From: Candidatus Eiseniibacteriota bacterium | GTDB lineage: Bacteria; Eisenbacteria; RBG-16-71-46 | Reading direction: 5' to 3' | DNA length: 64,000 nucleotides | NCBI GenBank assembly: GCA_963776245.1 | Contig: CAVZLN010000008.1 | Location: 224,001-288,000 of the forward strand | Shown: positions 10,908 to 20,831 of the stretch, in pieces | Numbering within the stretch: position 1 is the stretch's first letter | How the letters are laid out: each line of letters starts with the position of its first letter | Notes under the pieces: generated by a model | Told to the model about the DNA's origin: nothing | What the model saw: the letters and a program-made list of their open reading frames with translations, nothing else | Database searches by the model: none | Position numbers and translations under genes: made by a program

Positions 10908-12011
10908 TCAGCCGCGCCTCTTGTCCAGCAGCTCGCGGTACACCGTCTCGGTGTTCTCGGTGACCTTCTCCCACGAGTAGTTCTGCAGGATGTGGCCGCG
11001 CGCCCGGCTCTCGTACTGCTTCACCAGGTCGGGCTGCAGGATGAGCTGCTCGAGCTTCTCGCGCAGGTCCGCCACGTCCTTGTTGCGGAACGAGGGCGCC
11101 ACGCCCTCGGCCACCTCGCGGTTCTCGGGGATGTCCGAGATCAGCACGCACCGTCCGTACGAGAGCGCCTCGAGCAGGGCGATCGAGAGCCCCTCCATGG
11201 TCGACGGCTGCACCACGCAGTAGGCGTTGCTCCAGAGCTCCTCGAGGCCTTCGCCGAACACGTAGTCGAGCAGCCGCACGCGCGGGCCCTCGTACTGCCG
11301 CAGCAGGCTCACGTAGTCCTGCGAGAACGACATCCCTCCCACCAGCGCCAGCGTCATGTCGGTGTCGATCCGCTGGAACGCCTCGCACAGGTAGTGCACG
11401 CCCTTCTCCGGCACCAGGCGCCCGACGAACAGCACGTACTTCCCGGGCGTGAGGCCCTGCTGGAGGATCTTCTTCGCCGGCCGCTGGACCGGCAGCGCGG
11501 TGCCATTGGGGATGAACACGGTCTCGCGGCGGTGATGCTCGCGGAAGTAGTCGCGCAGCGTCTTCGACACCACGATGGTGCGGTCGGGGAAGTTCACCGC
11601 CGGCCCCTCGCACTGGCGCAGCACCCACTGGGCCGTCCGCCCCCACTTCTCGCGCTGCCAGTCGAGGCCGTGCACGGTCACCACCGTCTTCGCGCCGCGC
11701 AGCCGCGGCAGACCGGCGAACAGCGACGGCCCGAGCGCGTGGAAGTGCACCACGTCGTACCCGCGCAGGGTGGCCTCGAGCGTGCTCCACGCCACGTGGG
11801 TGGCGGTATCGAGGTGCTTGGTATGGATGCTGGGCCGCCGCAGCAGGCGCACGCCCTCCATGCGGGCATCCGCGGGGGTGTAGTACAGCCGGCAGTACAC
11901 CGAGAGGTCGTGGCCGCGCGCGGCGAGGCGCCGCGTGATCTCCTCGACGTGCCGCTCGATGCCGCCGTAGGTCGCGGGCACGCCCTTCTGGCCGATCATC
12001 GCGATCCTCAT
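10908..12011 (-). CDS. Glycosyltransferase family 4
   Basis: MRIAMIGQKGVPATYGGIE, FVGRLVPEKG, EGLSIALLEA (E-x7-E). Confidence 0.9.
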   Translation of the reverse strand: MRIAMIGQKGVPATYGGIERHVEEITRRLAARGHDLSVYCRLYYTPADARMEGVRLLRRPSIHTKHLDTATHVAWSTLEATLRGYDVVHFHALGPSLFAGLPRLRGAKTVVTVHGLDWQREKWGRTAQWVLRQCEGPAVNFPDRTIVVSKTLRDYFREHHRRETVFIPNGTALPVQRPAKKILQQGLTPGKYVLFVGRLVPEKGVHYLCEAFQRIDTDMTLALVGGMSFSQDYVSLLRQYEGPRVRLLDYVFGEGLEELWSNAYCVVQPSTMEGLSIALLEALSYGRCVLISDIPENREVAEGVAPSFRNKDVADLREKLEQLILQPDLVKQYESRARGHILQNYSWEKVTENTETVYRELLDKRRG

Positions 12012-12054
12012 GCCCGCCCTCCCTTGGGGTCCGCACCGCGCGCGGCGCTGGGGA

Positions 12055-13035
12055 TCAGCATGGCGCGCCCCCCGCCGTCACGGCACGCGTCGCGCGCACG
12101 CGGAAGAAGCCGACCACCAGCCCGGCGCCGTGCAGCGTCCAGGCGAGCAGCGAGAGGAACCCGAGGCGGAGGCTCGCCTTGCGCACGCTCATCAGGGCCC
12201 ACACGCCGAACGGCATCAGCGCCCCGAGCGCCAGCAGGCCGGCGTCCCGGCGCGCGAGGGCGATCGCCGACGCGGGCAGCGCGAGCAGCCACAGCGCGAG
12301 CGTGCCGAGGTAGAGCGACTGGCGCCGCAACAGGCGGCCGAAGCCCGGGCGGCCGAGATACACGCGCAGCGCCTGCCCCTGTCCGAAGCACAGGCCGGTG
12401 CGCCAGCGCCGCCCCAGCTCCGCGAGCGACGGGCGCGGCGCGCTCCAGTGACGCGCGGCGAGCGGCGCGATGGCACGCAGTTCCAGCCTGGCGCGCGCGA
12501 ACCTCAGGCCGAGCTCGAAGTCCTCCTCCGAGTTCAGGCGGGCGTCGTATCCCCCCACCGCGAGCAGCGCCGCGCGCCGGTAGAACGAGAGCGTCGCGGT
12601 GTACTCGGACGGATGGTCGCCGTCGCCGACCCGGTACAGATCGTGGCTGCCGGCGCGCTCGCCCGCGGCGTCCACGAACCACTCCTCGATGCGCCCCCAC
12701 AGCCCGCCGATCGCCGGCTCGCCGGCGATCACCGCCGACGCGCGCGCGATCCACGCCGCTTCGACCTCGACGTCGGCGTCCACGAACAGCACCCAGTCCC
12801 CGTCGCACGCCGAGCAGCCGAGCATGCGCGCGGCGCCGGGGGTGAGCGGCTGCCCGACCGGCGGGGCGAGCACCGTCCAGCGCGACGAGAGCGCCGGCAG
12901 CGGTGCGGGATCGGGCGCGGAGCGCACCAGCACCCCGCTCCAGTCGCGGCCCGTGAGCGCGCCCTCGAGCGCGGCCACGGTGCGCGGCAGGAAGCGCTCC
13001 TGGCGGTAGCACGGGATCACCACGCCGATCCTCAT
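12055..13035 (-). CDS. Glycosyltransferase family 2 with C-terminal TM helices
   Basis: VVIPCY, LFVDAD, GGYDARLNSEEDFELG. Confidence 0.85.
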   Translation of the reverse strand: MRIGVVIPCYRQERFLPRTVAALEGALTGRDWSGVLVRSAPDPAPLPALSSRWTVLAPPVGQPLTPGAARMLGCSACDGDWVLFVDADVEVEAAWIARASAVIAGEPAIGGLWGRIEEWFVDAAGERAGSHDLYRVGDGDHPSEYTATLSFYRRAALLAVGGYDARLNSEEDFELGLRFARARLELRAIAPLAARHWSAPRPSLAELGRRWRTGLCFGQGQALRVYLGRPGFGRLLRRQSLYLGTLALWLLALPASAIALARRDAGLLALGALMPFGVWALMSVRKASLRLGFLSLLAWTLHGAGLVVGFFRVRATRAVTAGGAPC

Positions 13036-14192
13036 GACCGCCCCCGCGCCGCGTTCGCTCCGGCGAACGTGGCGAGCCCGAGCACCTCGTCGTACACCGA
13101 TTCGAACGTCTCGACCACGCGGGACCAGGTGTAGTGCTCGCGCACCCGGTGCGCGCCGTCGCGGCCCATCCGCAGGGCGGCGTCAGGACGGCGATGGAAC
13201 GCTTCGAGCGCTTCCGCCAGCGCGTGCGCGTCCCCGGCCGGCACCAGCCGCCCGTGCACCCCGTCCTCGATCACCTCGGGCACCCCCCCGACCGCGCTCG
13301 CGATGGTCGGGCGGGCGCGCACCAGTCCCTCGAGCAGGCTGAGCGGCAGTCCTTCCCAGCGCGAGGGCAGCACCACGGCGTCGGCGGCGGTGAGCAGCGG
13401 GCCGATGTCGTCCACCTGCCCCAGGAAGCGCACCCGCGCGGCCACGCCCAGCTCCCGGGCCCGCGCCTCGAGCGCCGCGCGGCGGCTCCCCTCGCCCGCG
13501 AACGCCGCCACGAACTCGAGGCCGTGGCCCTGCACCCGGGCGAGCGCCTCGAGCAGCACGTCGTGGCCCTTCTGCGCCTCGAGCCGCGCCACGCACACCC
13601 ACAGCGGGCGCAGCGGCCCGGCGCCGAGTCGCTCGCGCAGCGCCCGCGCCGGCACCCACTCGGCCATCTCGTCGGGCAGGTCGGCGCCGTTGGGCACGAT
13701 GCGGATGCGCTCCCGCGCGAGTCCATGGTCGCGCACCAGCGTGTCGGCGACCGCGCCGCACACCGCGGTCACCGCGCCGGCGTGGGCCAGCTCGCGGTAG
13801 CGGAGCGTGTCCGGCGACGACGGGTGGGCGGGGCCGGTGACGTGCTCGGTCACCACCAGGTGGGGGACGCCGGCGAGGCCGGCGAGCGCCGAGAGGTAGC
13901 GGTCCGCCGCGGGCCAGACGTGGTGCACGTGGAGCAGGTGCGGACCGGCGCGGCGCAGGCGCCGCCAGGTGTCGAGCATGCCCTTCCAGTCCCAGCGCGA
14001 GTCCACCTCGGGCACCCGGTCCACCGGGATGTCGCGCGCCGCGAGCGCTCCCGCCAGCTCGTCCACGCCGGGCGCGGTCGCGAGCCACACCCGCACGTCG
14101 AAGCGGGCGCGCGGCAGACGCGTGGCCAGCTCCCAGACGACCCTTTCGGTGCCGCCCACGGAAGTGCCGCTCTCGGCGAGCACCACGCTCAC
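13032..14192 (-). CDS. Glycosyltransferase family 4
   Basis: GGTER, VARLEAQKGH, PSRWEGLPLSLLEG; GTG at 14192 overlaps upstream TGA. Confidence 0.88.
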   Translation of the reverse strand: MSVVLAESGTSVGGTERVVWELATRLPRARFDVRVWLATAPGVDELAGALAARDIPVDRVPEVDSRWDWKGMLDTWRRLRRAGPHLLHVHHVWPAADRYLSALAGLAGVPHLVVTEHVTGPAHPSSPDTLRYRELAHAGAVTAVCGAVADTLVRDHGLARERIRIVPNGADLPDEMAEWVPARALRERLGAGPLRPLWVCVARLEAQKGHDVLLEALARVQGHGLEFVAAFAGEGSRRAALEARARELGVAARVRFLGQVDDIGPLLTAADAVVLPSRWEGLPLSLLEGLVRARPTIASAVGGVPEVIEDGVHGRLVPAGDAHALAEALEAFHRRPDAALRMGRDGAHRVREHYTWSRVVETFESVYDEVLGLATFAGANAARGRS

Positions 14193-15403
14193 GCGTGCTT
14201 CGGAGGTCCGCATAGCCGGTCGTAGGCCTCGAGCAACTGGACCTTGCTGAACTCCCATGCCATCGATTCGATGAAACGCTTCCGGTTGTAGGCACCCATG
14301 CGCGCGCGGCGGTCGGGATCGTCGAGCAACTCGACGATGCGCTCCGCCATGTCGGCCACCTGATTGGGGCGGGCGTACAGCGCGCCCTCACCCGCCGAGA
14401 AGCGGTGCTCGCGCAGGTCGTAGCACACGATCGGCCGGGCGCACGCCATGTACTCCAGGATCTTGTTCATGGTCGAGATGTCGTTGAGCGGATTGAGCGG
14501 GTCCGGCGACACGCACACGTCGGCGGTGGTCAACACGCGCTCGACATCGGCGTCGGGGATGCGGCCGGTGAACTCGACGAACGGCTCGAGCCCGAGCTCC
14601 CGGGTGAGCCGCCGCAGGTCCTCGAACGAGTCGCCGCCGCCCACCAGCGTGAACGACACGTCGTGGCGCCCGAGGTCCTTCACCACGTGGCGTGCCGCGC
14701 GCAGCAGGTGGTCGACGCCGTCCTGCGGCGCCATCACACCGAGGTAGGCGACCAGGAAGGTCCGCCCGCGGCGGAGCGCGGGGTCGGGCGCCCGCCCGGC
14801 CGCGAAGCGCTCGCGGCTCGGGCCGCTGCGCACCACGACCACGCGGTGGCCGGGCACCCGCCCGCGGGTCATCGCCACCTCGCGGTAGGACTCGTTGGTC
14901 GAGATCACCAGGTCCGCGGTCGCGAACTGCAGGCGCTCGAGCAGCCGCAGCGCGCGGTGGAGCGGATCGCCCTCGCGCTGCGACCCGAAGCGCGCTACGT
15001 AGAGCTCGGGGCACAGGTCATGGTGATCGAACACGAAGCGCTTCCCGAACAGCTTGAACGGGGCGGCGATGGCCCAGAAGGTGTCGGGCGGATTGGCGGC
15101 GTGGATGACGTCGAAGCCGCGACGCGCCAGCACCACGAACGTCAGGCGCAGGGTCTGGAGCCAGCAGTAGAGGAACTCCCAGGCGTAGGACATGAACCCG
15201 CGCGCGGGCGGAGGCGCCGGGTAGCGCCAGATGTGGATGTCGTCGATCACCTCGTGGGCGCGGGTCCACTGCTCGCCCTTCGGGCAGATCGCCGACACCT
15301 CGAAGCCGCCGGCGCGGAGCGCGTTGAGCTCCATCCACACGCGGCGGTCGAATGGCAGCGGGAGGTTCTCCGAGAGGTGGAGGACCCTACCACGCGAGGC
15401 CAT
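14189..15403 (-). CDS. Glycosyltransferase family 4
   Basis: ENLPLPFDRRVW, FDHHDLCPE, YLGVMAPQDG, KILEYMA. Confidence 0.88.
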   Translation of the reverse strand: MASRGRVLHLSENLPLPFDRRVWMELNALRAGGFEVSAICPKGEQWTRAHEVIDDIHIWRYPAPPPARGFMSYAWEFLYCWLQTLRLTFVVLARRGFDVIHAANPPDTFWAIAAPFKLFGKRFVFDHHDLCPELYVARFGSQREGDPLHRALRLLERLQFATADLVISTNESYREVAMTRGRVPGHRVVVVRSGPSRERFAAGRAPDPALRRGRTFLVAYLGVMAPQDGVDHLLRAARHVVKDLGRHDVSFTLVGGGDSFEDLRRLTRELGLEPFVEFTGRIPDADVERVLTTADVCVSPDPLNPLNDISTMNKILEYMACARPIVCYDLREHRFSAGEGALYARPNQVADMAERIVELLDDPDRRARMGAYNRKRFIESMAWEFSKVQLLEAYDRLCGPPKHA

Positions 15404-16711
15404 GGTACTCCCCGGCGGACACGCTGGACGGATCGACGGCGTGCACCAGGTCCACCAGCACCTGGCCGGGCTTCAGCATCCGGCCCACGTCCCGGTACTC
15501 CGGCGAGCCGTTCGCCACCACCACCACCTCGCTCTGGTCCACCACCTCGCGCACCGTCGCGCGCAGCCGGTCGGGCAGGTAGGGCACCTCGTCCTCGACG
15601 AAACGGCGGTTGGCGCCGAGCACCCGTTCCATGTCCACGTTGGGGTCGTGGAGCGACAGGGTGTAGCCCTTGCCGACCAGCGTCCCGATGACGCGCAGGA
15701 TGGGGCTCTCGCGCAGGTCGTCGGTCCCGGCCTTGAACGACAGGCCGAGCACGCCCACCTTGCGCAGCTTGAATCGTTCGATCATCGCGATCGCGGCCTC
15801 GACGTGGACGTCGTTGGAGCGCATCACCGAGTAGAGCAGCGGCAGATCGAGCTGGCCCTGCCGGCCCGCGCGCGCTCAGGGCGCGCACGTCCTTGGGCAG
15901 GCACGAGCCGCCGAAGGCGAACCCCGGCTTGAAGTAGTACGCGCTGAGGTTGAGACGCGTGTCCTTGCAGAACAGGCGCATCACCTCGTGGCTGTCGACG
16001 CCCTCGCGCTTGGCCCAGCGGCCGACCTCGTTGGCGAACGCGACCTTGAGCGCGTGGAACGTGTTGTTCACGTACTTGAGCGTCTCGGCGGTGCGGATGG
16101 GGGTCACCAGCATCTCGCCCCCGACATCGCCGTACATGTCCCGCATGACCTGCGCGCTCCGCGCGTCGCCCGCGCCGAGCACGGTGTACTCGGCGCCGAA
16201 GAAGTCGGCGACCGCGCTCCCCTCGCGCAGGAACTCGGGGTTGTAGCCGACGCCGAAGTCCACGCCCGCCCGCTTGCCCGACGCGCTGCTCGAGCACCGG
16301 CGTGAGCTCCCGCTCGACGCTGCCCGGCAGCATGGTGCTGCGCTGCACCACCACCGTCCAGCGGCCACTGGCGGCGATCGCCCACCCGACCTCGGAGCAG
16401 GCGCGCTTCACGTGGTCCAGGTTCAGGCTGCCGTCCTCGGCGCTCGGGGTGCCGACGCACACCAGCACGATGTCGGCCTCCCGCATCGCCTCCGCGATGC
16501 GCGTCGTGGCGCGCAGCCGCCCGGCGTCGCGCGACGAGCGGATGAGATCCGCGAGGCCGTTCTCGACGATCGGGCTCTCGCCGCGCTCGATGCAGTCCAC
16601 CTTGTAGGCGTTGGTGTCCACGCCCGTGACCGAGTGCCCGCGGGTGGCGAGACAGGCCGAGCACACCGAACCCACGTAACCCAAACCGACCACCACGACG
16701 TTCATGTCCAT
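15387..16711 (-). CDS. GDP-mannose 6-dehydrogenase-like nucleotide-sugar dehydrogenase (frameshifts near 16280 and 15870)
   Basis: GLGYVG, VCVGTPS, NPEFLREG, KYVNNTFHALK, NLSAYYFKPGFAFGGSCLPKD, GLSFKAGTDDLRESP across three ORFs. Confidence 0.88.
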
Positions 16712-16719
16712 CCTCTCGG

Positions 16720-18225
16720 CTATCGCGCGGCGCGACCCCGCGGGGTCTCCTGCGCCAGCCGCAGCCTCAGGTGCCAGAGACGGACGCCGTTCAGCGCGAA
16801 GCGCTCAGCGTCCGGGTAGAGTGTATCGAATCGGCGCGCGAAGGCGCCGGACGGATCCAGGTCCTCGGTACGGCTCGCCACCACCCACACCCCGCCCGCG
16901 CCCTCCATCGCCTCGCCCATCATCCGGTCGAGGCGCTCCGGGTGCCCGATCAGCCCGAGCCACACGGCGGCCGCCGGGAGCGGACCGCGATAGTAATACG
17001 CGAGCGGGTCCTCGGTGTTAATCGAGATGATCCGCTCGTCTGCCGAGGCCCGCGCGCGCAGGATCGCGGCCGCGCCCCGGTAGTCCTCCTTGCCGTAGCG
17101 CGGATCCCAGTAGTGGTGGACGAGCGAGAGCGCCCAGAGCGCCGCCACCGCGCCGCCCAGGACCCGCCTCGTCCCCACCCGGGCATCGGCCAGCCCGGCC
17201 GCCAGCACCAGCAGGAACGCCGGCATCGCCACCATCAGGTAGCGTGGATTGAACACTTTGAAGTTCGATGCCGCCATCCACGACAGCAGGGCCGCTGGCG
17301 CCGCCATCCACAGCCACGCATCGAAGGTCCGGCCGCGTCGCGCCACCGCCCGCAGGCCGAGCAGCCCGAGCGTTCCGAACACCAGCGCCACCACTGCGAT
17401 GCCGGGCGCGTGGCGCGCGACCGTGGCCAGACCGGCGTCGGCTCGCAGCTCGCGCAGCGAGGGCCCGAGCGTGTACCCGACCGCGAACGCGTGGAGCGCG
17501 AACGGCAGCGCCGCGGCGTGGAAGGTCGTGGACCCGCGCAGCGCAAGCTCGTCCGGGGCCGGCACCCGCCCCGGGCTCAGCCGCGCCCAGTCCCAGGTGC
17601 GCGACAACTGGGGCAGGAACGGCAGGCCGACGAGCGCGAGCAGCGCGAGCACACCGGCGAGCAGCGCCAGCCGCCGCGCGCGCCCCGCGGCTCCACCCCA
17701 CCACCACCAGGCGTGCACCGGCACCACGAACAGGAAGGTCCAGTTGGAGAGCAGCCCGCCGGCGGCGGCCGCGGCGTAGCCCAGCACGGTGCGGGTCCGC
17801 GGGGCCCGGGCGAGCCCGAGCAGCGTCCCCGCGGACAGCACGGTGCAGAGCGCCAGCAGCGCGTAGTTGCGCGACTCCTGCGAGTACCACACCAGGAACG
17901 GGGAGCCTGCGGTCAGCCAGGCCGCCGGCAGGGCGGTCTCGCGCCCGAGCCAGCGCCCGGCGAGCCACGCCATGGCCGGCACGGTGGCGATGCCGAACAG
18001 CGCCGAGGGCAGGCGCATCGCCCACTCCGAGTCGCCCGCCACGCGGGTCCAGGCATGCACGATCACGCTGAAGAGCGGGCCGTGGAGCTCGTGGACCAGG
18101 TCGGCGAAGAGGAACGGACGGCCGACGCTGGCGTTCACCCAGGTGAGCACCTCGTCGATCCACAGACTCTGCGAACCGAGGCGGAACAGGCGCAGCGCCG
18201 CCGCCACCAGGATGGCGGCAGCCAA
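16720..18225 (-). CDS. GT39/ArnT-like GT-C membrane glycosyltransferase (start uncertain)
   Basis: LRLFRLGSQSLWIDE, HGPLF, RLPSALFG, YSQESRNY; polytopic with C-terminal periplasmic domain. Confidence 0.8.
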   Translation of the reverse strand: MAAAILVAAALRLFRLGSQSLWIDEVLTWVNASVGRPFLFADLVHELHGPLFSVIVHAWTRVAGDSEWAMRLPSALFGIATVPAMAWLAGRWLGRETALPAAWLTAGSPFLVWYSQESRNYALLALCTVLSAGTLLGLARAPRTRTVLGYAAAAAGGLLSNWTFLFVVPVHAWWWWGGAAGRARRLALLAGVLALLALVGLPFLPQLSRTWDWARLSPGRVPAPDELALRGSTTFHAAALPFALHAFAVGYTLGPSLRELRADAGLATVARHAPGIAVVALVFGTLGLLGLRAVARRGRTFDAWLWMAAPAALLSWMAASNFKVFNPRYLMVAMPAFLLVLAAGLADARVGTRRVLGGAVAALWALSLVHHYWDPRYGKEDYRGAAAILRARASADERIISINTEDPLAYYYRGPLPAAAVWLGLIGHPERLDRMMGEAMEGAGGVWVVASRTEDLDPSGAFARRFDTLYPDAERFALNGVRLWHLRLRLAQETPRGRAAR

Positions 18226-18460
18226 CCAGCGGTGGAAGACCGGATCAGGGGTGGAAGGCAGGGAGGTCGGATGGCGGTCCGGGCGGGCGTCCGATGGGTC
18301 TCGCGTCGCGGCTCTCCCGACCGGGCGGTGTCGGAGTGCCCGATCGCGGCGTCAGGTTGGGTCGCTTCTCGATGCGGCGCGCCCCATGTCGCGACGCGCT
18401 CGCCGCTCCTTCGCCGGCACCGCCGGCGCGGGCCACCGTACCCGGAACTCCCTCCGCCGC

Positions 18461-19408
18461 CTAGTAGGCACCCTCGCGGGAGATCACGGCGGGGATGGTG
18501 CGAAGCAGGATCTTGAGGTCCATCGCGAAGGAGCGGTTCCGGATGTACTCGAGGTCGAGCCGCATCCATTCCTGGAAACCGATGCGGCTGCGTCCGCTGA
18601 TCTGCCACAGGCAGGTGATGCCGGGGGCGACATCGAGCCGGTGCATCTGCCACGGCTCGTACTTCGCGACTTCCTCCGGGATCGGAGGACGCGGCCCCAC
18701 CAGGCTCATCTCGCCCCGCAGCACGTTGATGAACTGGGGGATCTCGTCGACCGAGGTCCGTCGCAGCAGCCGGCCGATGCGCGTCACGCGCGGGTCCTGG
18801 CTGATCTTGAACACCGGGCCATCGCACTCGTTGAGGTGGGCGACGCGGTGCCGCATGTGCTCGGCGTCGTTCACCATCGAGCGCAGCTTGAAGAAGATGA
18901 ACGGTCGTCCGCCGCGCCCGATGCGGGTCGAGCGGTAGATGACCGGACCGCGCGATTCGAGCTTGATGAGGAGGGCCGCGATCGCGAGCACCGGCAGGGC
19001 GAAGCCCAGTGCCACCAGCGCGCCGAGCAGGTCGAGCGCCCGCTTGCCGCTCCGCAGGTAGAAGCCCTCGGTGCGCGCCGGGGCGCCGGGAAGCAGGTCG
19101 AGAGCGGCCGCGGGAGGCCCGGCGAGCACGAGCGTGGGACGGACGTGGCCGTTGTGATGACCGTTCGTCCCGCCGTTCGCGTGGACGGCACGATGGAGCG
19201 CGCCCGCGGCATGGCCGTTGGCGTGTCCGCGAGCGTCACCGTTCGTGGCGGGCTCGGCCGTGACCGCGGGCGTGGACACCGGGCTGGCAGTCGCGCTGGC
19301 GCTCATGTTCTCCACGGAAAGATCGAGGACCGAATGGTCCCACCCAGCGGTCTGATCGGGACCGCCGGACAATCGCGGACTGGGCTTCGCGAGGATGTCG
19401 GGCTCCAT
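18461..19408 (-). CDS. Priming phosphoglycosyl transferase (WcaJ/PglC-like sugar transferase)
   Basis: KRALDL, FKLRSM, DPRVTRIGRLLRRTSVDEIPQFINVLRGEMSLVGPRP, PGITCLWQ, DLEYI. Confidence 0.93.
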   Translation of the reverse strand: MEPDILAKPSPRLSGGPDQTAGWDHSVLDLSVENMSASATASPVSTPAVTAEPATNGDARGHANGHAAGALHRAVHANGGTNGHHNGHVRPTLVLAGPPAAALDLLPGAPARTEGFYLRSGKRALDLLGALVALGFALPVLAIAALLIKLESRGPVIYRSTRIGRGGRPFIFFKLRSMVNDAEHMRHRVAHLNECDGPVFKISQDPRVTRIGRLLRRTSVDEIPQFINVLRGEMSLVGPRPPIPEEVAKYEPWQMHRLDVAPGITCLWQISGRSRIGFQEWMRLDLEYIRNRSFAMDLKILLRTIPAVISREGAY

Positions 19409-19435
19409 GACGCCGATCTCTAGTTGAGTCGCCCG

Positions 19436-19472
19436 AAAATAATGCCGAAGGGAACGCTTCAGTCCCTTCGGC
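19436..19472 (-). terminator. Intrinsic terminator/attenuator inside the leader of the priming transferase
   Basis: Minus strand GCCGAAGGGA-9 nt loop-TCCCTTCGGC followed by ATTATTTT, 27 nt before the ATG. Confidence 0.7.
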
Positions 19473-19487
19473 TCAAAGCTCTCGCTT

Positions 19488-19561
19488 CATCCGTTCGAAC
19501 TGGGTCGAGGACTTGTCGAGCACGAGCGACGGGGGAAACACCAAGATGTCGATCCTCGGAT
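19488..19561 (-). ncRNA. Candidate cis-regulatory RNA motif, copy A
   Basis: Shares ATCCGA..GAT, TCCCCCG(T)CGCTCG..CGACA.G.CC and CGGATG blocks, in the same order, with 59446..59529. Confidence 0.55.
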
Positions 19562-19709
19562 GCTGTTCCCGGCTTGTGGCCGGTCGACCAGCCCACGCTT
19601 CCCGCGTGGAACCGGCCTGCTTGGCTCGTTTGTACGGGTACCCAGTTAGCGAAGTCCCAGAGGCGATCTCCTCCGTTGCCGGCGCGAACTGCTTCTTGCG
19701 GCTGCAAAG

Positions 19710-19739
19710 ACATTAGCAAAACCATGACAGCCGAATCAA
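19710..19739 (-). promoter_or_regulatory. sigma70-type promoter (extended -10) for the priming transferase operon
   Basis: TTGATT-N18-TAATGT with TGc directly before the -10, in an AT-richer patch. Confidence 0.5.
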
Positions 19740-19881
19740 GCACTGGATTCGGCGGTCCCTCCGGCCGAATCCTCCCCCGGGGCGGGGCCCGGCGGGCCGT
19801 GCTAGAGTCGGTCCCGGCGGTCTCGGTCGGCCCCCCCTTCCCCAGTCCAAGTCGCACCCCCCAGACCCGGCAGGAGGTCTC

Positions 19882-20649
19882 TTGAGCAGCCTCTGGCTCG
19901 CCCTTCCCGCGTACAACGAGGAGAAGTCCCTTCCCGCGCTGCTCGAGCGCTGCGTCCCGGTGGCCAAGGCGCTGGAGGCCAGCGGCCTGCGGCTTTCGGT
20001 CATCGTGGTCGACGACGGCAGCAAGGACGGGACGATCGCCGCGGCCAGGGCCTTCGAGGGTCGGCTCGCGATCGAGGTCGTCCCGCATGTCGTGAATCAG
20101 GGCCTCGGGGCCGCGCTGCGCACCTGCCTGAGATCCGCCCTGGAGCGGGCCGGGGACGGCGATGCCATCGCCACCATGGACGCCGACAACACCCACGATC
20201 CCGCGCTGCTGGTGGAGATGCACCGCAGGCTGCTCGGGGCTCCGGCCGATCTCGTCATCGCCTCCCGGTACACCCCGGGCGGGGACGAGGTCGGGCTCAC
20301 CCCGCTCCGCAAGGTGCTTTCGCGCGGCGCGTCGTTCCTGCTCACCCTGGTGGCGCCGGTGCACGGCGCGCGCGACTACACCTGCGGCTTCCGGCTCTAC
20401 CGCGAGTCGCTGCTGCGCAGCGCGGCGCGGGCGTGGGGCGAGCGGCTGGTCGAGGAGGCCGGGTTCACCTGCATGGCCGAGGTCCTGCTCAAGCTCGGTC
20501 GCGGCGGGGCCCGTGTGACCGAGGCGCCGCTGGTGCTCCGCTACGATCTCAAGGAGGGCGCCAGCAAGATGAAGATCATGCGCACCATCACCCGGTATTT
20601 CGCCCTGGCGTGGCGCATCCGCAGCGGACCGCTGCCCCGCCTCGCGTGA
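19882..20649 (+). CDS. GT2, polyprenol-phosphate glycosyltransferase (DPM1-like)
   Basis: AGGAGG then TTG; LPAYNEE, VDDGSKDGT, NQGLG, MDADNTHDP, DYTCGFR. Confidence 0.88.
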   Translation: MSSLWLALPAYNEEKSLPALLERCVPVAKALEASGLRLSVIVVDDGSKDGTIAAARAFEGRLAIEVVPHVVNQGLGAALRTCLRSALERAGDGDAIATMDADNTHDPALLVEMHRRLLGAPADLVIASRYTPGGDEVGLTPLRKVLSRGASFLLTLVAPVHGARDYTCGFRLYRESLLRSAARAWGERLVEEAGFTCMAEVLLKLGRGGARVTEAPLVLRYDLKEGASKMKIMRTITRYFALAWRIRSGPLPRLA

Positions 20650-20722
20650 CGCCCGACGCCCGGCGGCGATGCATCCCGCACGACCGCGAAGATTCTGCAA
20701 CGCGTTGTGGCCCAGCCGACTC

Positions 20723-20752
20723 TTGCCACGGCTGACAGGCCGCTGATAGTCT
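20723..20752 (+). promoter_or_regulatory. sigma70-type promoter for the 20832..32815 operon
   Basis: TTGCCA-N18-TAGTCT with extended TGa. Confidence 0.55.
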
Positions 20753-20831
20753 TTTCAAGCCCCTGCAAGGGCGGCCCGCCCGGCACTCCGGGCGGCCAGC
20801 CCTCGACCCACCCCGGAACCCCTGCTCCCCC

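Noticed and set aside
7486..12845. Very long alternative-frame ORFs (e.g. 7486..10038, 9294..12845; also 33831..36413, 44784..47570)
   Set aside because: Arg/Ala/Pro-rich shadows of real opposite-strand genes, expected at this GC content; no recognisable motifs
19716..19731. sigma54-like TGTCATGGTTTTGCT upstream of the priming transferase
   Set aside because: Lacks the GG dinucleotide and the 10-nt spacing
19409..19775. Fragments resembling the c-di-AMP (ydaO) riboswitch (GCCGAATCC, ACGGAGGA; ACCCGACAG in the wza leader)
   Set aside because: Pieces are split between the two leaders and other core elements are missing or out of order; not called without a cmscan hit
19459..20024. ORFs crossing the 19.4-19.9 kb intergenic region (19424..19885, 19513..19716, 19713..20024) as leader peptides
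   Set aside because: No convincing SD-start pair, atypical codon use, and overlap with promoter and hairpins
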